A stretch of 64,000 bases of DNA, taken from Paragordius varius (taxonomy: Eukaryota > Animalia > Nematomorpha). Below the pieces are notes generated by a model, which saw only the letters and a list, made by a program, of their open reading frames with translations, was not told where the DNA came from and made no database searches. Shown here in pieces: positions 39,594-51,524 of this stretch (its first letter is position 1; the number at the start of each line of letters is the position of its first letter). The stretch is taken from the NCBI GenBank assembly GCA_964247055.1, contig OZ176055.1, positions 6,696,001 through 6,760,000 on the forward strand, in the 5' to 3' direction. The position numbers and the translations under genes are program-made.

Positions 39594-40584
39594 TCAACAA
39601 TAGTCGCTGTAATATGGGTTATAGCCATACCCACCACCATACAAGCCACCTCCATAGTATCCTGGATATCCACCGTACCCGTAACCCCCATATCCTCCGT
39701 AACCGCCATAACCACCGTATCCGCCATAACTATTTGTTAAAATAAGCGATATGAAAAAGTGGAATTTTTTGTTGTGTTTTTTAGGTTGGCAAAATATTGA
39801 GTAGAAATGTAAATTGGTAATCACACTCAATTACGTATTTTATAAATCATAAAGGTTATAAACCAAGGTTTAATCAATAGTTTTTTTAATAAGTTGATGA
39901 TTTTATTTTAAAATTTATAATTAAGATCAATATATAAGGATAAATATATATATGTATACTATATATATGTATACTATACCCATATCTTCTTCGGTATCCT
40001 CCATAACCCCCATAATGCCTGTAAATTCATAATATATTTATTAATAAGATATATAGTTTAAAATTAATTTATTGAAAACGCATAAAATGTTCGTTCTCAT
40101 TGACAAAGAAAACCAGTGGTACTAATAAAAAAATTTTTAAGGACCCCAAAGATATTAATCTTGCGATAAAGATTTTATAATATACTCAAAATAAGTAACA
40201 GAAAAAACTTAATTAATCGATTCAGGGCCATAAAAGCACTTTTAGAGCCGATGTTTGATTATACCACTGATATAAACAAAAGTTAATAAAGGTTAAGTTA
40301 ATAAACTTCAACAAACGTTAAAAATTACCTACGACCGCCGTAGTAACCTCCATAACTGCGTCTGTGGCGACCCCAACCCCCACCCCAACTACGTCGTCCC
40401 CATCCGCCACCCCAACTACGTCGACCCCACCCTCGACCCCCACCCCATCCCCGTCTGCCGCCCCAACCACCTCTTCGAGCCAAGAGGCCTAAACCAAAAG
40501 TTTGAAGGAACCATGATGATGTAGATGATTGAGTTTTTTCAGTTTGTAGTACACCAAAATCATGGTTATTGCTGTTGATTGGAT
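39594..40584 (-). CDS. Orphan Gly/Trp/Arg- and Gly/Tyr-rich low-complexity protein; three 3' exons supported, 5' end unresolved (upstream of 40584)
   Basis: Exons 40584-40329, 40018-39980 and 39729-39594 have GT-AG boundaries and consistent phases. Product: ...SSWFLQTFGLGLLARRGGWGGRRGWGGGRGWGRRSWGGGWGRRSWGGGWGRHRRSYGGYYGGRRHYGGYGGYRRRYGYGGYGGYGGYGGYGGYGYGGYPGYYGGGLYGGGYGYNPYYSDYC*. Synonymous codon variation within the repeats argues for protein-level selection. Confidence 0.85.
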
Positions 40585-40766
40585 CTGAAAAACGATAAAT
40601 TAAAATTATGATTTTTTTCTACTGTTGTCTATGTAGATTTTTTGATATAGGAAATTTTAAAACTATAAAAACTAAAAGCTTTTCGACAGAAATTGTTAAA
40701 TTATACTTACAAAAGTATCTTTTTAAGTTTTTGGAATATATTTATAGGATATGGTGTTATATGAAA

Positions 40767-40772
<6 letters not shown>

Positions 40773-40798
<26 letters not shown>
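40773..40798. repeat. (TA)n microsatellite; others at ~6078-6097 and ~20490-20517
   Basis: Uninterrupted TA dinucleotide run. Confidence 0.85.
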
Positions 40799-40800
<2 letters not shown>

Positions 40801-42600
40801 AAACTTGATATAGGGCTGTAAGGGTTCTGTACAGCTAGGAGCTTATAATTAGCATTTAATTTGGGCAGAATATCGTCTATTATAAATTGTATCCCAATCA
40901 ATAGAATCTGTATATAAATATTGGATTATGAGTCATAAAATTATATTTGATATAAAAGATATACCTGAGTCTGAAGAATTGCTGATAATAATTTCATAAT
41001 GATTTTGAAACCAATGAAACAGAAAAATTAATTTATAAGAAAAATTTGCTCTTTATATACCTTTAAAAAATTTAATCTCTCGCCAACCCTAAAAACAATT
41101 AGCACACTTAACAGAAATTATATAACTTTTTTTATCATTATAATATTAAAAATTCTTCTATATACTATCCCCACTTGATAACTTTTACCTATGTTTATGT
41201 TGAAGTATTTCACTGTTATATATTTCTTTTTACCACAAACATAACGTTAATCAAAAATAAATTAAATTACCGATTTAAACCAGTTTTATAAATCAATTTA
41301 TCGTATCCATTACCTAAAACATAATTAGAAATTATTGTTAAAAAAATTAAGTCAAGTATACTTCTGCAAGATGAAATTTAACAAAAAAAATCAGTATCTA
41401 AAAAATATTGTAAGGATTTAATCTTTTAAAAAACTCTTAACATAAGTACATAATACTTTTAAATAAATGACTTCCATTATTAATTTTAATTTAATGTTAA
41501 TTAAAATAACTTTAATATTACACATTATTTTTTAGTAATAAAGTTTTAAAGGACAGAGTTTAAGAAAGAGATGTCCAACACAAATGCCTTTGCAGTCCGT
41601 ATTTAAAATAAATATATGGGCATTCATAGATAATTTAGTAGATTTCAAAATATTTAAGACGCAAATAAATATAACATTTTTTTTCCTGTTTTGCGAATGG
41701 AATAGACAAGTTTAGAAAATATTGATTCTAAGATTTCATGAGCATATTTTATACAAATTAAGGATATCCAGATTTTTCGCGGGCCGCATATAAAGACCGG
41801 ATGATTCCATGCGTACTGCGTTTTGGCGACCCCTGTTTAAGAGCATAGTATTTCGATTTAAATTTATAAATGCCATAATTTATAGTGATACCGTTTTAAA
41901 AATACATTCATTTTTATAAGTTTCTTATTACAATCTTAAAATATCATAATACATATCAGGAAATTATATTATTTTTGGTAATGAATAATAAATTATATAT
42001 AGGGTTATGATTTTTAGACGAGATTTTAGAATAATTTTAACAGCTGATGATTTCATTACATTCTTATAAAATAACTTTGTTATTAGATTTTGACCCAGTA
42101 TTTACAAAACATGAATATACTAGATTAATCGCTACAAAAATTTAATTAATGTTATAAGATGAATTTTTTTGCAAATGCCAAATAATAGCAATAAAATAGA
42201 ATTTTAAGACTCTTAATTTTCAAATCGCCTCAGATATTTTTTAAAAGGAAATGTTCCTGAGCTTAATATAAATGCTTATTTCGGTGGACAATTTCAAAAG
42301 GCCAAATACCTACCCTTATATAAAGTAATTTACTAAATTTCAATGTATTAATGGACCAGTATCTGAGTATGATAACACCATTGGAAAAATTAAAATTGAT
42401 TAAATAAACTGTCATAATGAGATTAAGTATAAACGATGGGTTCAATTAAGTGTCTGAAAATTCACCTATAATTTATTCGGTTTAAGACTTAATATATTAC
42501 TTCTATTTTCTCCATATTGACGCTAATTTATTATTTAAATTATATATTGGACTGGAGAGCTGTTATTTTAGAGCTTGCATAAATGTAGTCCATCAAGTTA

Positions 42601-42879
42601 CGGTAAAAATTGAAATTATACGGACAAATTGGATATAAAGACAATTTTTTATCAAAAGTCAACCATACTTTTTGAGACAATTTTTTCTATAAAAAACATT
42701 TGATTAAAATCGTAAAATACATAATTGATTGTGTTACCCATATACATTACTATACTATATTTTGCAGTTTAAAACAACGAGTTATATTTAAAAAACAAAA
42801 TTTAAAAAGTATGGTTGTCTTAGATAAAAATATTTGTCTTTAAATTTTCACATTTGTCCGTATAATTTCAATTTTACTG
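42601..42879. mobile_element. Tc1/mariner-type MITE
   Basis: TA|CGGTAAAAATTGAAATTATACGGACAAA ... TTTGTCCGTATAATTTCAATTTTACTG|TA, with imperfect ~75-bp inverted arms. Confidence 0.8.
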
Positions 42880-43386
42880 TAATTATAAACATTTAAGATT
42901 CGGCCTATTTTATTAATTATGTATTACAAAAAAATGTGGCCGGTGCAGCGTGATTGTAACTTTGTTGTATCATATACGCAGTAATTGTGAATAATAAAAT
43001 CGGGGGACTATATGAGACCAAACATAAATTATAAAAATGACCCTCCCGTACAGTGGCGTAGTTAGGGGGTAGGAAAAGGGGACTGATGCACCGGGCGCAT
43101 AGCTGAGGGGGCGCCGGACTTTTTTTTTAAAAAATATTTTTAAAAAATAGATATTTATAAAGTATTATTTTAAACAAATACATAAAAAATCTAGTGATAC
43201 TGTCAATTTTTATCAACTTCTCTTTAGTATTATCAATATTTTAAATCTAACCAAATGTTTCATATCCCTATTTATAAATCTCTTCATTTTAACTTCAAGC
43301 GCCTACCTTTCTTAACTCCAGCCTGTTCATGTCATTCATGTACCCTACCTTAAAATATTGGCTTTGAATCACCAAAGTGTTAGATG

Positions 43387-44617
43387 TAGGGTTGTGACCA
43401 AGTCAGTGACTATTTATTTTTTGACCATGGTCATTTAAAAAAACAGCGGTAAATTGCTGGTATATTTTTTTTGAAAGAGAGATAGTAAGATTTTATTGTT
43501 TTTTATATTTTTTAAAAAATATAAATTAAATATTCAAAGCTTATTCGTTTCGATTCAAATTGGGGTATTTAAATACCCCAGACTAAATATAAATTAATAT
43601 TTTTAAAAAACTACTGAAGGAAATGGTCCCAATTTAAATTTATGCTTCTATCCTGATAAAAATTATATAAATATGCCAAAATATTTTGCTAAAATTTTGT
43701 TTTGAAAAAAAAAGTTCCATCTGAAACTAGTTCGACGCCATTTTTATTTTACAAAATTTTTGCTAATTATCGTCATAATTGTATTTTAAGGGTAAAACTA
43801 TTTTTTATATAAATTACATCTAACATTGATAGAAATAGAAAAAGCGGTTTATTTGGTATTATTTTTTAATTTTAAAATTTGACACATGTCACGTTGACGA
43901 AATTTTTACCTTTCGGTTTTAGCTCAAATTAAGTAATATCAAGTATTTTTGAATAAATTTTTTTAATATATTTCGGTTTATTAATGTTATATAAATGCAA
44001 AATTTTGCCATGGTTTCGATTCCTTCCATACCTTTTAAAATATTTGATTTTAAACAGGCCTGGGGTATCCAACTACCCCAATAATCGAAGGACTAAAATG
44101 AGTGTGTTGTATCCAAGTGTTAACAATATAAAATTAATAAACATGCATCCTTATGACATTAGCATTTAGGCATGTTGAGTTATTTCGAAAAACAAAACAA
44201 TCAGGCACTTTGCAAAATATGCAATTCCATATATGTGAACCAATAAAATAAATCATTTTATAATTGGATATTTCAATGATGAAAGAAAGTGTGAAACAAA
44301 CTAGGTAAAATTTTATTTGAAATATCCAGTATTAAAAGCTATTTAGAAGATTCAGACCACAAACATGTGGCAAAATTTATTTAAAACCAAAATTCTTGAT
44401 TAAATTTGATTAAAAGTATTTGTAAATAAATAACAAAAAAATGTATAATACCAACCTTAAAGAAATAACATGACATTATTTGAGTGAAACGCAAGTGTCG
44501 TTTTAACATTATCTTCATCCAATATCGCATGGTATTTACTTAGGTAAAAAGTGGTCATGACCATGGTCTTGGGTCTGACCGGACTTTTTTGAAAAAGCAG
44601 TCAAATGCACAACTCTA
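43387..44617. mobile_element. hAT-type MITE (copy B), interrupted by a piggyBac-like MITE
   Basis: TIRs TAGGGTTGTG / CACAACTCTA. The 8-bp TSD is GTTAGATG / GTCAGATG (7 of 8 match). Confidence 0.85.
43545..44119. mobile_element. piggyBac-like MITE (same family as 31582-32160)
   Basis: Colinear with 31582-32160. The right end is CAAGTG|TTAA; the left end is degenerate, so the start coordinate is approximate. Confidence 0.7.
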
Positions 44618-45604
44618 GTCAGATGATAAGATCTTTATTAATTTTATGTTAATTTTCTTTCAAAATTATAATATTGCTAGCTCAATGTGACCCATTATGT
44701 TGAAATTCTTTAAATTTACAATATAAAATCTAATTTTGAAATAAATGCTGTTTATTTTTCTATCCCAATTTAGGACATGCTACACCATCTACATATATTC
44801 TGCCGTTCTTTTTTTGTTTTCCTTATTACCATTTTTTGCTGCTCAACAACTTTACTCTTTTCTTCTTGGAAAAATAATTCTTTTTTTATTACTCCACTAG
44901 CGTGAATCTCGTGCTGCTACGCAGCCCGAGGAAGTCCTTCGGACTTCTGGGGGGGGGGGGGGGGGGTTCGAAGTTTGGATTTGAATGGGTATAACGTTTT
45001 TCCTGTAGATCACAAAGCCAGCATTTTCCATTTTTATAAATATATAAATGAGGATAAATAATGTTTTAATATCCATATATCTTTTAACATGCTATACATA
45101 TGATAGATACTCCTTACTCAGCATATATCATTAAAGAAACGCTTGACTAAAATTTTTTTCTTTTAACAGGCAATACGAAAAAACCTTCTCGAATTTTTAG
45201 AGTCTCATACCGTGGACAAAAAAATACAATCAAAAAAATATTTTTGTGGACTTTGTTTTTTTTGAAAAAAATGGCATTTTACGGGGGTAGCGGGTAAAAA
45301 GAGGGCCTAAATCAAAAAAGTGACTCGACCATGTTCAGCGCGATCAAAAATAAGTAAACAAAAATCATATTTGAAATTGAATGGTCCAACACGTTCTCCA
45401 AAAAATTGACTTAACCCATTTTTCATACGGGGTGGGCCCGAACTGGGGGCCTATTTCAAAAAAAGGGCGAAGCTATTGTCGGGACATTTATTAATGATTA
45501 TATTTTTTCGATATTTGGATTTGATTGGGTCTACCGGTTTTCCTGTACCAGATCACAAAGCCAGCATTTTCCATTTTTATAAATATATAGATGATGATAA
45601 ATAA

Positions 45605-48160
45605 CACTAGACAACAAATTTTTTGGCCAAATGAGATTATTTTCGTTTTAGTTAGCTAATAGTATACTTATACCAAAAATTTAAAAAAAAAATGGGCTAC
45701 TTCAAAGGATTTTTCAAAAAATAAAATTTTCTGTTTTTTGAAAAAACGGTAATTTAACAAGTTAATCAAAGATATCAACTACAAAACTGCTTTATATGTA
45801 GACAAATTATATATCAATCGATAGAGAGTAATCGATTATATATAAAAAATATAAAGATAAATGATTTTAATTAATATGCTTATAAATTTTCAATTTAAAA
45901 TAGCAAAAATTAACGTTTTTTTGTGAGCGAAAATCTTAAACTGTAAAGTTTGCTAAAAAATTACGGTAAATAACAATTTTTAACTAATAAACATTGCTCT
46001 TTCAGAATAAAGAAATATTTTTTCTGTATAAAAAGTTTTTGTCGCTTTTATGAGGTGATTTTCATTTGCAGTGGTGTGTTAAATTTTATCAAAATATATA
46101 CAAAAATACTTTCCTAGTGCATTAAGGTATAAGTTTTTAAATCAAATCGTTGATACGAGCGAGATCCCGCAAGCAGGTATTTATCCTTATAATATAGAAC
46201 GCAACTGCAAAAATGATCCGAACAATTTTTGTATGTGCTGCGGAAGAACAATATTAATGGTTTAATGGAAGAAATTAACATAAATTATAATCCCGAGGAC
46301 TGGGCATTATTATAAGATTCCAACATGGTTAAAAAATATTCATAATTTTAGGTAAGCTTGAAATTCATATTGTTGAATATACAGGATAACAAGTATCTTT
46401 TAATAATTGGGTATGCCAGGGCTGCCAAAGAATCATATGAAATTCTCAAAAAAATTTTAGAGTGTGTGAATTATACAAGGGATAATTGGAACGTTATTGG
46501 TGACTTTAAAGTAGCTAAAAATTAACATTTAGGTTTTATTGATGATTGCCGGCTTGCAGGGTGGGTTACCTAAGTACCACTGTATATTTTGTCTGTGGAA
46601 CAGCAGGGAGCGTGACTTACACTATCGAACGAAAGACTGGGGTTCCAGAGTCTTCACAATTGGATTGCATAATTGTGTGAGGGAACCCCTCATTGATATA
46701 AAGAAAGTGTACATCCCCTGCCTACATATAGCACTGGGACTCTTTTCAATATTTATTAAAAACTTGGATAAAACATCCAAATCGTTTATTTATTTTCAAT
46801 CTAAACATAAACTCACCAAGGCTAAGGCAGAGGCCGGAGTGGTGACGGGGCCGGTGATGAAAAAAATATTTACAGATACATATTTTTTTGAACTACTTAA
46901 TGAGAAAGAGAGGCTAGCATTTGATGCTATGCAAAAATTTGATTCTGGGTTCTTAGGTTTGTATATTATAATATGTATAGGATCTTACAAATCGCCACGA
47001 TATCTAGAGTTGGCAGAAAATTTAATAAGAAGTTTTCAGGATATGGGTACCTCATTAAATTAAATATAGGTTGTCAAATGTCCATGAAAATGCACATGGT
47101 GGATGAACACCTCAAGAATTTTCCCTTTAACAATATATCTGACCAAATCGGGGAAAGAATGCATCAGGGCCTGAAGATATATGAAAAAAGATATAATAAT
47201 AAAAATACTATTAATATGATATCTGATTTTATTTGGAATCATACATAATTTTTATATATTTATATGCCACCTATATGTATTTACAATAAATAAATGTATT
47301 GAAATTGTATTTATTTTGAAATCGATTTATTTAGCGTAAATAAATTCCTCTGTACAATATGTGATAAAAATCTTAGCATTAATATGTTTCTCTGTTTGTG
47401 GTTAAGTTTATTGAATATAATCTATAGATATCCATCAATTTATTTGAACAATAAATAGGTTTGAGTTTTCAGATTTGTGTAAATTAAAAATTTCTTCACA
47501 TAAATAGGATACCATAATTAATAAGTTTACGTAATATATGTGATTAATCCATTTTCTATGATAATTACTCGGCCTATATATAAATGTTAATTTTACCATA
47601 TCCATCTCGTTCAAATTTAAAAAAATATAAATATACACAAGGAAAATAGATTTTGCATAAAATTGGATTGGGTTCTCCGTTACTGATGTACTCAAATTGG
47701 TTCATAACTTTAAGTTAAAATTAAAATTAAACAAAAAAATATATATATTCTAAAAGCTGATGCTTTAATCTATAAATTAAATACGTTATCATTACACTGA
47801 GACATATTTACAAACGTTTGGGATGAGCTTGTAAAAAAGCAAAAAGTTTAACTATTATTCTCTTAATTTAAGATTTTTAATAAAGGCTTTCATAATATAT
47901 TTAGATGTAAAAGATAGAGTTTTTTATGCTTTATTTAATGATATAAGTTTCATATTTTTAATATTTTTCTCTCTAATAAAATATTTTATAAAGCGTCCGA
48001 TTTATTGATTATTTTAAAATTTACAAAATATTAATTTTCTCAAAATCTATGCAAGCCAAGTCAAAAATTTTTTCGGATTCGGACTCTGAATAGTATACTT
48101 GATTAAATTTCTGATTTTTACAAATGGCTGTTAAAAAAAGTCAAAATTTGTTGTCTAGTG
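45605..48160 (+). mobile_element. Chapaev3-like (CMC superfamily) DNA transposon, 2556 bp
   Basis: 18-bp TIRs CACTAGACAACAAATTTT at both ends and a 3-bp TSD TAA (45602-45604, 48161-48163). CAC termini with a TWA 3-bp TSD and the transposase motifs fit Chapaev3 as I recall it; the family name needs a database check. Confidence 0.8.
46150..47248 (+). pseudogene. Intron-containing Chapaev3-like transposase, inactivated (internal deletion plus premature TAA)
   Basis: Removing GT-AG introns 46177-46197, 46328-46351, 46511-46532, 46957-46980 and 47047-47069 yields RNCKNDPNNFCMCCG / YNPEDWALL*DSNMVSLKFILL..KESYE..WNVIGDFKV..AGLQGGLPKYHCIFCLWNSR..PCLHIALGL..GVVTGP..FLGSYKS..QDMGCQMSMKMH..ISDQIGERMHQGLKIYEKRY..MISDFIWN. 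Confidence 0.85.
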
Positions 48161-51100
48161 TAATGTATTAATATCCATATATCTTTTAACATGCTATACA
48201 TATGATAGATACTCCTTACTCAGCAGTTATCATCAAAGAAACGCTTGACTAAAATTTTTTTCTTTTAACAGGCAATACGAAAAAACCTTCTCGAATTTTT
48301 AGAGTCTCATACCGTGGACAAAAAAATACAATCAAAAAAATATTTTTGTGGACTTTGTTTTTTGAAAAAGGTGGCATTTTACGGGGGTAGCGGGTAAAAA
48401 GAGGGCCTAAATCAAAAAAGTGACTCGACCATGTTCAGCGCGATCAAAAATAAGTAAACAAAAATCATATTTGAAATTGAATGGTCCAACACGTTCTCCA
48501 AAAAATTGACTTAACCCATTTTTCACACGGGGTGGGCCCAAACTGGGGACCTAATTCCAAAAAAGGGCGAAGCTATTGTCGGGGCATTTATTAATGATTA
48601 AATTTTTTCGATGTTTGGATTTGAATGGCTTCACCGGTTTTCCGGAAACAGATCACAAAGTTATATGAAAAATCAGTTTTTAGCGGGTAGCTCCTTACCA
48701 AGCAGCTATCATCAAATAAACGGTGGACTAAAATTTTTGCCTTTTAACAGGGAATACGTGGAATCCATATTGAATTTTTACGGTCTCATACCTAGGGCGA
48801 AAAATCGATATAAAAAATTATTTTTGTGGACTTTGTTTTTTGAAAAAGGTGGCATTTTACGGGGGGAGCGGGTAAAAAGAGGGCCTAAATCAAAAAAGTG
48901 GCTCGGCTATGTTCAGCGCAATCGAAAATAACTAAATAAAAATCATATTTAAAATTGAATGGTCCAACACGTTCTCCGGAAAATTGTCTCAAAAACACGA
49001 TTTTGTGGACTTCTGTTTTCAAAAAAACCCGTTTTTCATACGGGGTGGGCCCGAACTGGGGGCCTATTTCAAAAAAAGGGCGAAGCTATTGTCGGGACAT
49101 TTGTTAATGATTATATTTTTTCGATATTTGGATTTGATTGGGTCTACCGGTTTTCCTGTACCAGATCACAAAGCCAGCATTTTCCATTTTTATAAATATA
49201 TAGATTATCCATTAGAGATGTATCAATCGATTATATTGTTTCTTTTCATGGGCATTATTACATATAATTTCCTTATCTTGCCTCGAAAAAAAGAAAAATT
49301 AAGATTTTTGATCAAAATAGTGGAACCGTTTTGGAATAAAAAGTTCTTTTTTGAAAAATGGAACAGGGACCAAATTCAGATAAAAACAGACGAACAACCT
49401 GATCCTATTTTACTATATTAAAGCTTTAATATTATTAATTATTTTTTCCAATCAATCGTTTGCTCCCTAATAAAATCGAAAAGGATAGGCAAAATAATCA
49501 TTTTAAAAAAGTGTTATTATCATGCCTCATAATAAAACATCAAAATTAAAATAAAAATATACCTCACAAAAATTAAGAGAAAGATTGCAATAAAATTTGT
49601 TAAATTCTAATAAATCATGATACCAATTCCACCTCACCCTCATCGGGGCCGCAATATTTTTAGATAATTATAATTTAATAACACCCCTGCCTACCAACAA
49701 CGCCTTGATAATTTGAGATATACATAATAGAGAGGACCTTAATAATGACAATAATACGATAAAGAAATAAAAGTGGATTATATATATAATATTATATTTA
49801 TGTCTAGGGATGCGGTTTTTATGAAAATTTATATTTAACTTTTGAAACATTGTTTTGATGTTCTTAAATTGCCACTCTTTTCGAACGAAGCCACTCAAAA
49901 AAAATTTAGTCGGGCCACGCATTCGAATGCAGTTTGATTACTGCTTTTATACAACATATATATTTAACTAATCAAACTTTTCTCGCAGAAACTAATATTA
50001 TTTTTTTACTGATACATTTGTTAAACAACAATCGTTTTTAGAAAAGGGGTCAAATGTGTTTTTTTTTCACGCGTTCCAACGGTTTAAATTTAATATTTTT
50101 TTAAAATGAAAGGGGTTGAGTGGAAAGGGAAGGGGACGCCTTCGAGAATTCATGCACCCGGCGCCAGAAATGCAAGCTACGCCTCTGGGCCCATCCATCA
50201 ATGGAGTGCCATTATAAAAATGCGCTGATAATTTTATTGTTATGATAATAATAAATTTATTATCGGACTCCAAATCTAAAAAAAGCGTTTTTGACGAATG
50301 GGGATGCATGGAGGGGTAATGTATAAAAGCGGCTTAACTATCGGTCAATTTAATCAATAAAGATGCCTATAAGTTTTTAAAATATTTATATTTTATCGGA
50401 TATATAATAAAAATCTGAAAAACTTTTCATAAAAATGACGATATATCATTAAAAGATTTTTACTTCTTGACCAACTTTTTGCTATTAAAAGTGGTTTTAT
50501 AGTATCAGGGTAAACGAAAATTTAAAATAAAAGATGTAAATAACCAAACATTGACCTGACGCTTTTTTAATGTATTATTGAAAATCCGTCATTATGATCG
50601 GGCCTCTATAAGAATATGTACACGGCCATGTCATAAATATCAAGGTATGTTAATTAATGTGTATCTCATAGGTTTTCAAAATACATGTTGGCTTTTGCTA
50701 AAATCGCTGATTTCGAATGAGGTGAAAAGGCTAAAGTTGGTGTACCATATTTGGGGATTGTTAAATAAGGAAATATTTTTAATTGAATATATATTTTTAT
50801 TGGATTTCTTAATTTTCGGAAAACCTCATTGCAGGTAGCATTGAATTGAGAGTCTAATTGAAGAAATGGTTTGAGCCTAGTACATATACAAACAAATATC
50901 AATTGTTGCTTATAATGGTCTTACACTTCTTTAAGGAAATGTTTCAGACATTTGGTAAAGAAATCTATTTGCAATATGTTTTAATAAATATCATTTGATC
51001 ACTCCAAAAATCAGTCTATTTCTTTAGATAAATACCTTTATTTTAATGTGAACATATATTTTGAACTTTGACGAAGTACAAAATTAAAACATACTTGGCC

Positions 51101-51524
51101 TGTTTTTACACCATCGGTGTGGTGTTCCATAAAAAAAGGTGCGCAATTTTCGCAAATATATTTTTTGGACAAAAGGCTTTATTTAAAAAAATATCACTAA
51201 AATATAACATAAACTACAAATAATAAACAAAACAATATTTTTAAAAATTATAAATTATGAGATGTGGACTCTAATAAGCGTTACACCGTTTCCATCATCT
51301 TTCAAAATAGTTAGAAGTACATGTCAACAAAATATCCCAAATTTGTTTATGCAAAAAATAAGAAAACTGTTGAAAAATTAAGGTTTAGGAAAAATATTAA
51401 ATAATATCATACATCCCACCTAAGTATAAAAAACCTAAAAACTCCTAATTTTTACGATAATAGTTTATTTCGAATCATATGCCATATATAATAAATTTTA
51501 TATTATATGTTACAGGAATGACAA

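Larger units (their letters stand above)
44897..49204 (-). mobile_element. Non-autonomous Helitron (copy 2) with tandem 5'-end units, interrupted by a Chapaev3-like transposon
   Basis: 3' CTAG|T plus hairpin at 44897-44930, followed by a poly-G tract. The 5' terminus motif A|TCTATATATTTATAAAAATGG lies at 49204 and recurs internally at 45591 and (degenerate) ~45047. The sequence on either side of 45605-48160 rejoins into a normal unit junction. Confidence 0.88.

Noticed and set aside
40800-41420. Several micro-exon chains upstream of the Gly-rich gene
   Set aside because: At least two mutually incompatible phase-consistent models can be built, so none is reported.
46300-46320. Alternative genetic code (TAA=Gln, as in ciliates with tiny introns) to explain the in-frame TAA in the transposase
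   Set aside because: Host genes end in TAA, TAG or TGA and use CAA/CAG for Gln. The expected residue is hydrophobic, and the copy also has a deletion.
50560-50900. KIADFE-like peptide suggesting a kinase pseudogene
   Set aside because: No other kinase subdomain motifs, and multiple stops; more likely an unidentified TE remnant.
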